64,000 bases of DNA from assembly GCA_965208675.1 (NCBI GenBank), contig OZ242351.1:2688001-2752000 (forward strand), given 5' to 3'. The notes beneath the pieces are model-generated. The model did not search any database. It worked only from the letters and a program-made list of their open reading frames with translations, and was not told where the DNA came from. The position numbers were made by a program, and so were the translations under genes. Source of the DNA: Candidatus Poribacteria bacterium (lineage in GTDB: Bacteria; Poribacteria; WGA-4E; PCPOR2b). The number at the start of each line of letters is the position of its first letter. The first letter of the stretch is position 1. Positions 31,139-41,914 of the stretch are shown here, in pieces.

Positions 31139-31234
31139 TACGCGATTTTTGGACATTGCGTGGACCGTGGGTTCAACTCAACCTACAGGTACTCATGTCC
31201 TCTTACCATCGATAACCGTGTTTATTCCAAGCTC

Positions 31235-31531
31235 TTGTAGGTTGGGTATAGCGATCAACTGAGCGAATAGTGAAGGCGATAGTCTTCAGTAAAGATACCT
31301 CCGGCATTTCAATCAATTCCGTGTTCAGTGCTCCGCCCCGATTTGCCAATATACCCGTCGTTTTTTCTTGTTCTTATCGTCCCGGTGCTGGCGTCTGACA
31401 ATCGACAATTCAGAGGTTTCAATAGCGTTGGGTTCGCTACGGACAGGGTGCCAATGACGTTGTTCGGTATTCGGAACGAAAATTCTCCATAGGTAATGAA
31501 TTGGGCAAAGTCCGCTTAACCCAACCTACAA
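31235..31531. repeat. Long REP-bounded MITE-like element
   Basis: ttgtaggttggg...cccaacctacaa termini; contains the gcgatagtcttc module also seen near 36495, 38690, 42310, 44187 and 46147. Confidence 0.8.
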
Positions 31532-31663
31532 AAATTACCTCTCTAGGCAATCGGTTTTTGGGCGAGTGATTTGAATTGAAGTCGGCAGGACGTTTTGATA
31601 GAATGACGCGGATTATCCTCTATTTTCGAACCGCCAAGTGTATAGTAAAGACCAGATACGCCG

Positions 31664-34600
31664 ATGTCTATGAACGCCAAAAACCTGCCCGACGCGGTAA
31701 ACAATCAATCACTGTTTTCGGATTACTACCTCGACGCCCTCATCGTTGACCAGCCGCAGTGGAGGAATACACCGGACATCGAATCGGATTACGCCGCGAT
31801 CAAAGATCGCTACGACGCAGTCGCTCCGAATGCAGAACACCTCAACGAATCACAAACTGAACATGCGCTCATCCAACCGCTGCTCGAACAGTTAGGACAC
31901 GTTTTTGAGGTGCAGCCCGCACTCCAAACATCGCAGGGATCCAAAATACCGGATTACGCATTCTTCGAGTCGACTGACACACTCAATGCGGCAAAACCTC
32001 ACATCAACACCAACGAGTTCTTCAAAACGGCTATCGCCATCGGGGACGCGAAAGCGTGGTCACGCAATCTAGACCGGAAAGCACAGGGACGGGGCGACCC
32101 GTTCACCAATCAAAATCCCAGCTATCAGATTGACTACTATCTCCGATCCGCGGATAAAGACTGGGGCATCCTGACTAACGGCAGGCAGTGGCGGCTCTAT
32201 CAGCGTCAGACCAGTTACCGGCTCGACAGTTTTTATGAGGTAGATCTCGCCGCGCTGCTCTCCGATAACGGAAACCTAGAGACCTTCCGCTATTTCTACT
32301 GCCTGTTTCGGCGCGACGCATTCATCTCCAATGTGAGCGGGGCATCCTTTCTCGACCGGGTATTAAATGAGAGCCAACAGCACACAATCGCTATTTCCGA
32401 TGACCTGAAGAACCGCGTCTACGATGCCCTACGCCTGCTCATCGGCGGCTTTCTGAATTTTTCGGGAAACGGTTTCGACAGCGCGAATCCGCCACTCGAC
32501 CAAATTCACAGCAACTGCCTGATTCTGCTGTACCGCCTGCTGTTTATCCTCTACGCCGAAAGCCGCGACCTGCTGCCGTTAAAAAACCGCGATTATGCGA
32601 TGCTATACAGCCTTGACCAAATGGCGACCGACATTCACGAAAAAGTGGACAGCGGAATTGCCTACGCTCCGGGGGCGAACCTTTATTGGACGGGGTTGCG
32701 GCAATTATTTACGCTGGTGAATGACGGTTGGGAAAACCACATCCCCCAGTATAACGGCGGGCTATTCAATCCGCAACAACACACGTTTCTTGAAGAATAC
32801 GAAATCGGCGACGCGGCACTAGCGCAGGCAATTGAACTGTTGACACGGACGGAACAGGGCGAACGAATCACCTACCGCGACCTCGACGTGCGCCATCTCG
32901 GAAACATCTACGAGGGTTTGCTCGAATATCAACCGCAAATCGCGACCGAAAATTTGGTCATCGTTTTAAAGAAGAAGCGTGAATCGGTTGCGCCCAAATC
33001 TGACACCAATCAGGAGATTGCCTATCGCAAAGGGGAGGTTTTTCTGCTGACCGACAAGGGCGAACGGAAAGCGACCGGCAGTTATTACACGCCCGATTAC
33101 ATCGTACGCTATATCGTCGAAAACACGCTGGCGCCGCTCTGTAAGGACAAAACAGTTGAGGAGATTCTGAAGCTCAAAATTTTGGATCCCGCCACGGGGA
33201 GCGGGCATTTCCTCGTCGGCGTTGTCGATTATCTCGCCGAAGAACTAATAACGCACCCGGACGCGCCGCACATGACCGAAACGGGGAGCGAAGAGTCGGA
33301 ACTCGCCTACTGGCGCCGGCGCGTTGTAGAGTCCTGCGTTTACGGGGTTGACCTCAACCCGATGGCGGTGGAGTTGGCGAAACTCTCCCTCTGGCTGCAC
33401 ACCGTTGCAAAGGGCGAGCCGCTTTCGTTTCTCGACCATCACATTCGCTGCGGCAACGCCCTTATCGGGGCGAAGATTGCGAACCTTCCGAACCTACCGC
33501 AACTGAAAAAGAGCCGCCGCAAAACCGGTCAGACTCAGACGGAGATTTCGATGGCGTACCCTTTCACCGATACGGTTGCAACCGCCATCGGACACTACCT
33601 GTTAATTGAGGAGATGGAGAGCCGCAGCGCCGACCAGATCCACGCGAAGGAACACCAATTGGACATTGCGCAGACGATGCTCCGTTTTCACAAAGGTGTG
33701 GCGAATCTTTGGACGAGTCTCTATTTCGAAAACAGTGTTTCTCGTGCGGAATATCACGACGCTGTTGATGCGCTGCGCGACAAAAAAATGGCGAAACTAG
33801 ACGCGATGTCTTCCTATCGACACGCGCAGGAGATTGCGGCGGAGAAACGGTTCTTTCATTGGGAGATTGAGTACCCGGAAGTGTTTCGTGACGAGTACGG
33901 ACGTGAGAAGGATAATCCAGGGTTTGACGCGGTGATAGGGAATCCGCCGTATGGGGCGAATTTTGATGAATTGGATAAGAGGTATTTAAAGGTTAACTTG
34001 CCGGTAGCGGATAATGCGGCAGATTCATTTGGCGTCTTTACTGAAAGGGGGCTTTTGGAGTTAGCACACCAGGGACGGATCGGGTTTATCGTGCCAAGCG
34101 GTTGGTTGACCGCAAGAACGTACCGCAGCTTACGTGAGTGGTTACATTCAGTGTGTGCAATTCAATATATAGTTCACTTACCCTATGACGTGTTTCCCGA
34201 TGCCTACATTGACACAATTATTTTTGTTTCTCAAAAATCTCGTGCTGTATCTAGCCGCGTACAAATCAAACGCTTTGGAATACGAGAATCAGCGGAAGAA
34301 TTGGCATCAAAAACTCAAGAATACAATGAGGTGAACTCCGCTATTTGGCGGAAGGATTCGCATCATCGCTTCCTGACGTTACTTTCTCCATCTGTTATTT
34401 CTATACACAACAAAGTTAAACAATTCGGCACAAAGGCGGAGAGATTTCTGGATGTGGCTCGTGGCATGACTCCGTTTTCCGATGCAGTTCAGGAAAGCCG
34501 AGAAGCTATGAAAGGATTCTGGGGTACTGTTGACCGATACAATCTGCAGCGAGAAAAAATGGGACATGTGAGCATGCGAGATTTGAAAGAATGCCCTTCG

Positions 34601-35413
34601 GATGATTTCTTCGCGGGGGAGAGACTGATTATCCGTCGAATCATCAGTCGTCAGCATCGGATACATGCGACCTATGTTGATACAGATTTTGCTATTAACA
34701 AATCGTACATACTTGCAATTGGCAAAGATTCCGCTATTTCCTTGTTATATCTGCTTGCTCTCATAAACTCTAGGTTGTTTTCACAGATATTTATTTGGTT
34801 TTCCGAAGTTGCCAAGCGAGATGATTTTCCTCAGCTTGATATAGCAACAGTTCGCGAGTTTCCAATCCGCCGCATCAACTTCATCACGCCTGCCGATGAA
34901 CGCAACCATCAACTCGAAAAAGCCAAGACCCTTTATCAATTCTGCCTCGACAGAGGTAGCGTAGACTGCGTTCTCGGCTTCGTGAAGCACCATCTTGCTG
35001 CCGAGCCGGAGCGTTCGGATGTCATCCACGACCTGCTCGGCTATCTCGCGGAGGACATGGTTGGGATGAACAAGGAGAAAGGGCAGGAAATTCGGGACTT
35101 TCACCGCTGGCTGGAACGCGAAATCGGGGTCGAAATTGAGGCACTCCAGAACAAGACGGCGATTCGAAGTTATTTTGAATTGACGTTTGACCGTCTACTG
35201 GAGATTTTGAGGAAAAACCGACGGGTCATCCCCGTTGATGAATCAAGCCGAACTTTTCAAGAATCGCTGGAGCGCGAGTTTAATCATAGCCTCGCTAAAC
35301 TCAAGCCCCTGCTCGCCCGTATCCAGTACACCGACGCGCTGATTGATCAGGTGGTCTATCAGCTCTACGGCTTGACGGATGTGGAGATTGCGGTTGTGGA
35401 GGGTGAAAATTGA
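31664..35413 (+). CDS. Type IIG (Eco57I-like) fused restriction endonuclease / N6-adenine methyltransferase
   Basis: PDY...DAK nuclease motif, LTNG..WRLY, GSYYTP, DPATGSGHFL, GNPPY, C-terminal ID..VY.LYGLT. Confidence 0.92.
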   Translation: MSMNAKNLPDAVNNQSLFSDYYLDALIVDQPQWRNTPDIESDYAAIKDRYDAVAPNAEHLNESQTEHALIQPLLEQLGHVFEVQPALQTSQGSKIPDYAFFESTDTLNAAKPHINTNEFFKTAIAIGDAKAWSRNLDRKAQGRGDPFTNQNPSYQIDYYLRSADKDWGILTNGRQWRLYQRQTSYRLDSFYEVDLAALLSDNGNLETFRYFYCLFRRDAFISNVSGASFLDRVLNESQQHTIAISDDLKNRVYDALRLLIGGFLNFSGNGFDSANPPLDQIHSNCLILLYRLLFILYAESRDLLPLKNRDYAMLYSLDQMATDIHEKVDSGIAYAPGANLYWTGLRQLFTLVNDGWENHIPQYNGGLFNPQQHTFLEEYEIGDAALAQAIELLTRTEQGERITYRDLDVRHLGNIYEGLLEYQPQIATENLVIVLKKKRESVAPKSDTNQEIAYRKGEVFLLTDKGERKATGSYYTPDYIVRYIVENTLAPLCKDKTVEEILKLKILDPATGSGHFLVGVVDYLAEELITHPDAPHMTETGSEESELAYWRRRVVESCVYGVDLNPMAVELAKLSLWLHTVAKGEPLSFLDHHIRCGNALIGAKIANLPNLPQLKKSRRKTGQTQTEISMAYPFTDTVATAIGHYLLIEEMESRSADQIHAKEHQLDIAQTMLRFHKGVANLWTSLYFENSVSRAEYHDAVDALRDKKMAKLDAMSSYRHAQEIAAEKRFFHWEIEYPEVFRDEYGREKDNPGFDAVIGNPPYGANFDELDKRYLKVNLPVADNAADSFGVFTERGLLELAHQGRIGFIVPSGWLTARTYRSLREWLHSVCAIQYIVHLPYDVFPDAYIDTIIFVSQKSRAVSSRVQIKRFGIRESAEELASKTQEYNEVNSAIWRKDSHHRFLTLLSPSVISIHNKVKQFGTKAERFLDVARGMTPFSDAVQESREAMKGFWGTVDRYNLQREKMGHVSMRDLKECPSDDFFAGERLIIRRIISRQHRIHATYVDTDFAINKSYILAIGKDSAISLLYLLALINSRLFSQIFIWFSEVAKRDDFPQLDIATVREFPIRRINFITPADERNHQLEKAKTLYQFCLDRGSVDCVLGFVKHHLAAEPERSDVIHDLLGYLAEDMVGMNKEKGQEIRDFHRWLEREIGVEIEALQNKTAIRSYFELTFDRLLEILRKNRRVIPVDESSRTFQESLEREFNHSLAKLKPLLARIQYTDALIDQVVYQLYGLTDVEIAVVEGEN

Positions 35414-35494
35414 TTGAAGTGCAATGGGAGGAAATGACAACGATTTTGGGTAATTGGGACGTGTATTGTTGCAGAGTGCCGGTACGGTGCTAAG

Positions 35495-35604
35495 AAAAGC
35501 GTTGGGTTCGCTACGCGCATGTTGTTATTAAGCTTGATTGGTGATTGGAGGGTAAATTCTCAATTCAAATGCATTCGGGGCAATCCGCTTAACCCAACCT
35601 ACAA
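35495..35604. repeat. Right half of a REP-MITE element
   Basis: gcgttgggttcgctacg...tccgcttaacccaacctacaa, matching 31424-31531. Confidence 0.75.
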
Positions 35605-35624
35605 AAACTAAAAGGAGATTTATT

Positions 35625-35891
35625 ATGACTTTGGATTTGGAAATGGTGTTAGGTAGTGCGGTGGTCATAATTGTAGCGATAGTGGGCGGCGTATGGTCTA
35701 TGGTAAAATTCACATCTTCACATTACGAAAAACGTTTCAATAGTCTTGAATCCAACCTAAATAAACGAGTGGATGATGTTAGGGATGAGGTTAAGCAACT
35801 ACGTTCGGATATGGATTCAATGCGTGTTGCTGTTATATATGAAACCATTCGTAAAGAGCCAATATCCAAGGAGGCTCAGGATGAAAGTTGA
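35625..35891 (+). CDS. Small membrane-anchored coiled-coil hypothetical protein
   Basis: AGGAG Shine-Dalgarno, one TM segment followed by a heptad-like region. Confidence 0.6.
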   Translation: MTLDLEMVLGSAVVIIVAIVGGVWSMVKFTSSHYEKRFNSLESNLNKRVDDVRDEVKQLRSDMDSMRVAVIYETIRKEPISKEAQDES

Positions 35892-36246
35892 AAATATGAA
35901 TGGAAAGGTGTATGATGTTGATGTAACGGGTAAAGGTATAGAACCTCTTTCAGCAGGAGAATTTTTTGCTACACCACCTAAGTATTTTATTGGGCTTTTT
36001 GACAATTTGGATTCTAAAAGTAAAAAATTAACATCAAAAACCAAAACATTGAACCTCATTTTATTGACGGATAGTAAAGAACTTTGGGATTTAGCCCAAT
36101 GTTGGATATTGGAAGCCATTTATGAAGGGGCAGATTCACTTTCAATTCCCAAGAAAAGATATACTAAACAAGGGGTTGTGGTTAACCTTCCGGAATCTAT
36201 TCAAAAAAGTAATTTTAATTTTTATGAGCGCAATAGTGACAATTAA
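35881..36246 (+). CDS. AT-rich hypothetical protein
   Basis: GGAGG Shine-Dalgarno; ATG at 35881 overlaps the end of the upstream gene. Confidence 0.5.
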   Translation: MKVENMNGKVYDVDVTGKGIEPLSAGEFFATPPKYFIGLFDNLDSKSKKLTSKTKTLNLILLTDSKELWDLAQCWILEAIYEGADSLSIPKKRYTKQGVVVNLPESIQKSNFNFYERNSDN

Positions 36247-36360
36247 CTGGATTTCCGCTTGGCAAATGCCAAAACCCTCTACCCTTTTTATGACACAGTT
36301 GGCTATGTATACGTCAATCTACAATGGTTTCAGGCCTGCTTCTGTTAATTAGCAAAAGTT

Positions 36361-36570
36361 TTTTAGGTTAGGTTAAGCGATTAACCAAGGATATGTTGTG
36401 ATTCGGAGATTGCTCCTTCAGGGCGAATTCTAGTAGGAGGGAATTCCGATTCCCGACGGTAGATTTTTTGCCGCTAGGTTCTACCATTAAGAACCAAGAC
36501 TATCGTACTCACTATTCGGTCGCTTGATCCTTCGCTATTCGCTCAGGTATTGCTGAACCCAACCACCAAA
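36361..36570. repeat. Degenerate composite REP-MITE element
   Basis: taggttaggttaagcg...gactatcg...gctattcgctc...aacccaacc. Confidence 0.6.
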
Positions 36571-36621
36571 TACTACTCGACAGGGCGTTTTTGCGGTAAA
36601 TTCTTAAATGGTGAGATGACG

Positions 36622-38556
36622 ATGAATAGAGAGGGTTGTTCGACTGTTAATTATTCTAAAGGGACCTGGACACTCTTGTTGACGCTAATGATGTTTGTAT
36701 TCAGCCTCCATGGCAGTGTTCAGACAGGTTCAGCGCGCGTAAGGTCGGGGTCAAAACCCTTAGGCGCGATTAGATCGCAAATTTCCAAAGATATTTGGCA
36801 CGAAGATCCGACAATCCGCAGCCGTGCAATCTTGGCTTTAGGAAGAATATATTACTTGGATAGGATGAGGGGGTTCTCGCCAATTGTTGATGCGTTGCGC
36901 CGTGATAAGGACAAAGAAGTTAGATTGGCAGCACTGATCATCTTGGGAGTCATTCCTGGCGGAAAACACGGCGTGACTCGCAGCGCGGTGCGCGCGGTTC
37001 AGGAAGTTGTCGCAACCGAGCGAGACCCTGACTTACGGCGCTTCGCATCCGTAGCCTTGCTGCAATGGGTTAAACTCGACAAACATACAGACAAAATTTG
37101 GAAATACTACTTGGAAATGCTTCAACACCCGGTCCCGCAGTTTCAGAATTACGCGCTTGAGGCGCTTTACAAGCCTACATTACTTTCCGATAAGGAGCGT
37201 ATGGCATACCATAAACTCCACCCAACTGTCATAACGCAACTTGAAGTCATGGCGCGGTCGCCTCAACCGTCCGATGAGTTGGTTAAAGCCGTCAGCCATA
37301 TTTGGACGGGAAATACTACGAAACCGCTGATCGAATGGTTGCACGATGAAGATTACGAACTTCGCAAGACGAGCGCACTGGCTCTTGAGCGGCAATCTCG
37401 CCAGAACAGCGATGCCGTGGTGGAGTTGCTGGATACCTTACGCAGCGATAGTAGCGTGAAGGCGCGCACTGCCGCCGCTAAATCGCTTACAGAGCTCTCC
37501 ACAGGACTCACCACGGGACTGTATTCAGGACACCCACGGTATTCAGCCCGGCTTGAACGACGTAAGTTCCCTCCGAAGATGCAGCAGAAAATTTGGAACG
37601 CACTCGTGGAAGCCGCGCAACATGATGCGCCCGAAGTTCGGGCTTCAGCGCTGTTGTCATTGGCAAATCTGAAGGAAGGCGAACCCTCTGCCTGGCGCAT
37701 TTTTACCGATGCGATAGTGGACAAAGAAACATCGGTCCGACAAAAGGACGAACGGGTAAAAACTGCTGCCATAAGAGGACTTGGACAAGCAATCTATATT
37801 TCGTTCAACGAAAGCATCGAAGCCGTTTTATTGCACACCATTGAAAACCGCGATGAGAGTTATCTCGTTCGATTTCATGCAGTTGAGAGTTTATTATTAT
37901 TCGATTATTGGGACGACCTGCTGCATGATGTAATGGTGGATCTCTTGTCAGATGAAAAACTCCGATTGAGTGTCACGGAACTTTGGGGAGAGTATTCGCG
38001 GGAAAACGCCCGTGCCAGTCGAAAGTTGCGGGTGGCATTTCGGCAGAATTCCAATCCGCAGATACGGTTGTATCTGGCGATGGCACTACTTAAGAGCGGT
38101 CAAGTGGATCGGGACGCAATCGAGATTCTAGTTTATCAAGGATTAAAGGATTCGGAATGCACCTGGCTTTGCGTTGATTTGCTGGGTCGTTCAGGATATT
38201 CGGAACCGTTTGTAATTGAAGGGTTGTTAGAGACGTTGCGCGACAGTCTAGATGCCATAGGTCCTGTTAAGGGGTCGTTCATTGAATCGCTAACAAGAAA
38301 CAAGAAGATTGATATATTGAGTTATGGAGGCGACATGAAAGGCAGCGGGGTTGTTATGGCATGTGTAGAAGCGTTGTTGGCATTGGATAAATACAACAAT
38401 GAGTTGCAGACGCTGCTGCCGAAAGTCATGTATTATCAGAGCGGGACGGTACAATCCATTTACTCCACATATGCACATCGATTCCAATTTCGTGCCAAAG
38501 TAGACGATGCTACAATACGAAGCCTTATTAGACAGGAACGTCGAAAGAACCGGTGA
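36622..38556 (+). CDS. Secreted HEAT-repeat protein
   Basis: Signal peptide; repeated D.D..VR..A..AL units. Confidence 0.8.
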   Translation: MNREGCSTVNYSKGTWTLLLTLMMFVFSLHGSVQTGSARVRSGSKPLGAIRSQISKDIWHEDPTIRSRAILALGRIYYLDRMRGFSPIVDALRRDKDKEVRLAALIILGVIPGGKHGVTRSAVRAVQEVVATERDPDLRRFASVALLQWVKLDKHTDKIWKYYLEMLQHPVPQFQNYALEALYKPTLLSDKERMAYHKLHPTVITQLEVMARSPQPSDELVKAVSHIWTGNTTKPLIEWLHDEDYELRKTSALALERQSRQNSDAVVELLDTLRSDSSVKARTAAAKSLTELSTGLTTGLYSGHPRYSARLERRKFPPKMQQKIWNALVEAAQHDAPEVRASALLSLANLKEGEPSAWRIFTDAIVDKETSVRQKDERVKTAAIRGLGQAIYISFNESIEAVLLHTIENRDESYLVRFHAVESLLLFDYWDDLLHDVMVDLLSDEKLRLSVTELWGEYSRENARASRKLRVAFRQNSNPQIRLYLAMALLKSGQVDRDAIEILVYQGLKDSECTWLCVDLLGRSGYSEPFVIEGLLETLRDSLDAIGPVKGSFIESLTRNKKIDILSYGGDMKGSGVVMACVEALLALDKYNNELQTLLPKVMYYQSGTVQSIYSTYAHRFQFRAKVDDATIRSLIRQERRKNR

Positions 38557-38634
38557 CGCGGTCTTCGTAGAGGCGATGATGGATTGGAAGGAGGGAGGAG
38601 TCACTAGCTGGTCGCTGAAGTTTTCTACGGATTT

Positions 38635-38760
38635 TCTAGGTTGGGATCAGCGCTAGGCGGATCTCACCCAACGAAAATCGCGGATGAAGACTTGAAAACT
38701 ATCGCCCTCGTTATTCACTCGGTTGATTCCTCCTTACCAAGGAGGGGCTAGGGGAGGTTT
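38635..38760. repeat. Composite REP element ending in a ctccttaccaaggag hairpin
   Basis: taggttgggatca...aaaactatcgccctcgttattcactcggttgat...ccttaccaaggaggggctaggggagg. Confidence 0.7.
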
Positions 38761-39121
38761 ATAAACACAAAGGTTCGGCTGAACGAAATAAATGAACAAT
38801 CCATGCCGCGAATCGGAGATTGCTGCTGCACAACCTGCCGGAATTGTCTGAACTGTGATTTGTGTGATTGAAGGATGGGCATTGATTGAGAGAGGACATG
38901 AGCATACGGTGTTGGAATGGAAGGTGATTGGCTGTTGGCGAAGCGGCAGGCATTATCGTCTAAACATTGGTGGTAAGCTTACGCGTCCTATTTAGGAGAG
39001 CGTAGAGTTATGATTTTATTTCGTGTTTTTAACGGATGGAGGATATATTGTTGTGAAAGTAGAAGATGAGTTTATCCGAGATGCAGCTGTTTATTTGGGT
39101 TCTTTGAAACACGGGAAAGCG

Positions 39122-40333
39122 ATGATACGATTAACGACGGTTTTGTTATTTACTCTTTGCCTCGCACTTACAGCAATCGTCGTCGGTTGCGGCGAGGACA
39201 AGGAAAACATAGAGGATGATAAGGATGAAATGATTACAGACGTTCCCCCAGATCGACCGGTTGACATCCCCGACCCGACTCTCCGCGAAAGCGTTGAAGC
39301 GCACCTGCGAATTTTCGACCGAGATTACCAGAGCGGCACCGTCATAACCGCCGGGGAAATAGGGCAGCTCGGAACGTTAGAGGTCTTTAGTCAAGACGTA
39401 GTTAAAGATTTGACAGGGCTTGAATATGCCTCCGGCTTGCAGATTCTAAAACTTGGCGGGCCGCATGAAGACGACGATAGACAAACGCTAGATCTCACGC
39501 CCTTAGCCAAATTAACCAACTTGAGAGTGCTGGAGGTGGAACGGTATGACATTACAGATCTCACGCCGTTGGCGGGATTAACTCAATTAGAGGAACTACA
39601 CCTTAACAAGATTACACTTGAGGAAGCGCCGGCACCAGATCTCACACCCTTGGCGGGATTAACCAACTTGACAACGCTATGGATAGGCGACTGTTTCATT
39701 ACAGACCTCACGCCGTTGGCGGGATTAACCGGACTAGGGTTTCTAATCCTACACGAAAATTGGATTGAGGACATCACGCCGTTGGCGGGGTTGACCAACT
39801 TGTACTACCTAACTCTATCAAACAACAAAATTGAAGACTTCACGCCCTTAGCGGGATTAACCAACTTGAGAACGCTGCATCTAGACAACACATGGATTGC
39901 GGACATCACGACGTTGGCAGGATTAACCAAACTAGAGACACTAGACCTATCAGGCAATCCGATTCCGGACATCACGACGTTAGCGGGATTAACCAAACTA
40001 GGGGTTCTAAACCTATCAGGCAATTGGCAGATTGTGGACATCACGCCGTTGGCGAACCTGGCCGACTTAACGACCCTAACCCTATCTTTCAACCAGGGTA
40101 TGGATGTTTCGCCGGTGTTGGAATTAACCAAACTAAGAACCCTAACCCTACATTTCGAGGTTAACGTGGATGTTTCGCTGCTGGTGGCATTAAACAATCT
40201 ACCGCACCTGCACTTAACGATTTGGGGATTGGGTTATATTCAGGATCCGCAGCCGCTCTGTGATCTCAAGGTCGAGAGCGCTGAATCCAATTTCCGACCG
40301 CTCAGACCCCAGCTCGATTGTGATGAGTGGTAA
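39122..40333 (+). CDS. Internalin-like leucine-rich-repeat lipoprotein
   Basis: Lipobox VVGC, IPDPTLR cap, about ten 22-aa repeats (DLTPLAGLTNL..L.L..N.I), visible as 66-nt DNA repeats. Confidence 0.9.
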   Translation: MIRLTTVLLFTLCLALTAIVVGCGEDKENIEDDKDEMITDVPPDRPVDIPDPTLRESVEAHLRIFDRDYQSGTVITAGEIGQLGTLEVFSQDVVKDLTGLEYASGLQILKLGGPHEDDDRQTLDLTPLAKLTNLRVLEVERYDITDLTPLAGLTQLEELHLNKITLEEAPAPDLTPLAGLTNLTTLWIGDCFITDLTPLAGLTGLGFLILHENWIEDITPLAGLTNLYYLTLSNNKIEDFTPLAGLTNLRTLHLDNTWIADITTLAGLTKLETLDLSGNPIPDITTLAGLTKLGVLNLSGNWQIVDITPLANLADLTTLTLSFNQGMDVSPVLELTKLRTLTLHFEVNVDVSLLVALNNLPHLHLTIWGLGYIQDPQPLCDLKVESAESNFRPLRPQLDCDEW

Positions 40334-40590
40334 TTTCAATATCTTCGGCGCCGCCTTATGCGGGCGCCTCTGAAAATAGGAGAACTAATCCCATGATAAG
40401 GCACAGTTTTTTCCGAGCCGCCTGCGCCAGCTTGGTCGTAGTTGCCTTGATTGCCGGTACAATTAGTGAAATCACCCCCAAATACTAGACAGTCCATTAA
40501 GGTGGGTTTGGGGCTGGTTAAACGCGCTTTCACGAGCCGTTTTGGCGTTTGTTTTGGCGTGACTTGCCGTGGGGTTATCCAGAGACTCAA

Positions 40591-40700
40591 AAACGTTGGG
40601 TTACGCTCTGCGCGTTTTTGCCATGTCATCGCAGAGGGCATTGGACGATTCATGGGGGCAGAAACGGTGTTGGAATTTTCCGCTCAACCCAACCTAAAAA
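40591..40700. repeat. Right half of a REP-MITE element
   Basis: aacgttgggttacgc...ccgctcaacccaaccta. Confidence 0.7.
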
Positions 40701-40701
40701 A

Positions 40702-41289
40702 CTAATCAAGGACTTTTAACTGTCCGTTTTTGTCCTTGGTAAAGACAAACCCGCCGCCTTCATTCGCACCAATTTGTACGCTAGACATATTACCCTTATC
40801 GGCAAAATGAAGTCCCTTATTATCGGAAGAAAGTTCGAGTTTGCTAAGTGCATGTTTGTTATTGACTTTAATAAGCCCGCCTTTTAAACCGACGCTAAGC
40901 TTTGCCATCGCTGGAATAGCCATGTCGTCAGGCAGCTCGGCACGGTGATAAAAATCATTCCCATTGACGCTGACAAAGCCGCCGATGGTATTGTTACCGA
41001 GATGCACGGTCGGAATGGCATCCGTACTCTCAAAACTATCATAGAGTTGGACGGAACCCCCACCAAATTTGCTGCCAATAATTTTTACAATTCCTGGGTT
41101 GTGTATATCATGGTAATCGGTAGTTAGTATAATTCTTGCTATACCCGCTTCATCCACCACCGTTAAACTCCGACACTCGATCGCGCCAAACTTATCTCTT
41201 TGCGCTGTGACTGGTGAAACCAACAAGGCCGTCAATACACTCCCGATTATCCCGCCAATAATACCGCTTAGTATGACATAATGCTTCAT
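40702..41289 (-). CDS. Paralog family A exported protein
   Basis: SPVTAQRDKFGAIECRSLTVVD; GGAGG Shine-Dalgarno before ATG 41289. Confidence 0.65.
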   Translation of the reverse strand: MKHYVILSGIIGGIIGSVLTALLVSPVTAQRDKFGAIECRSLTVVDEAGIARIILTTDYHDIHNPGIVKIIGSKFGGGSVQLYDSFESTDAIPTVHLGNNTIGGFVSVNGNDFYHRAELPDDMAIPAMAKLSVGLKGGLIKVNNKHALSKLELSSDNKGLHFADKGNMSSVQIGANEGGGFVFTKDKNGQLKVLD

Positions 41290-41314
41290 CGCAAATCCTC
41301 CATGCCGTTTAGGG

Positions 41315-41743
41315 TTACTGCCGATAGCCGTTTTTGTCATAGGTAGTTACGGCGCCATTGCCCTTTTCGTTGATGCCCATGATGGCATAACCTTTCGATC
41401 TTCCGCTGGTTTTTACAAAACCACCATGTTCATCAATACCGATGTTCAGTAGTTGATTATTATCGGCGTCGTACATCCGTACCCCTGAGAAGTTGATAGC
41501 CGTCCACCCTTTCTTATTCTCAGCACTGCTGAGGATTACGGCGCCCGCAACATAGTCTCCCAATGGAGTCTCCATCGGGTTGACCCCCAAAAGCCTACAT
41601 TCAATGTGCCCATTGACCTTCAAACTTTCGCATTCGATTTCTCCGAATTTATCTTTCTGAGCGTTAAGAGGTGAGATAATCATACCGGTGGCAACGAGTA
41701 AGCCGCCGATGGCGATGTATGCGAGCTTCTGTTTTGTGTTCAT
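41315..41743 (-). CDS. Paralog family A exported protein
   Basis: SPLNAQKDKFGEIECESLKV and a DKNG end; AAGGAG Shine-Dalgarno. Confidence 0.65.
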   Translation of the reverse strand: MNTKQKLAYIAIGGLLVATGMIISPLNAQKDKFGEIECESLKVNGHIECRLLGVNPMETPLGDYVAGAVILSSAENKKGWTAINFSGVRMYDADNNQLLNIGIDEHGGFVKTSGRSKGYAIMGINEKGNGAVTTYDKNGYRQ

Positions 41744-41885
41744 TGCAATTTCTCCTTAATTTGGAAGCAGTGCCCGGTGGCTAGTGGCCAGTGGCCAGCA
41801 AAAGCTGGTCACAGTTTTTGTTGGTAGGGTTTCACTTTGTAAAACCCAACATACAATCTAATTACTATACACATATTCACTTAAT

Positions 41886-41914
41886 ATATTACGAGAAAAA
41901 CGGCTGTATGTCAA
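41886..41914 (-). promoter_or_regulatory. Sigma70-like promoter
   Basis: TTGACA-17nt-TAATAT on the minus strand. Confidence 0.55.

Noticed and set aside
39490-40140. Regular 66-nt repeats resembling a CRISPR array or tandem repeat
   Set aside because: They are in-frame LRR coding units, with no unique spacers and no cas genes in the window
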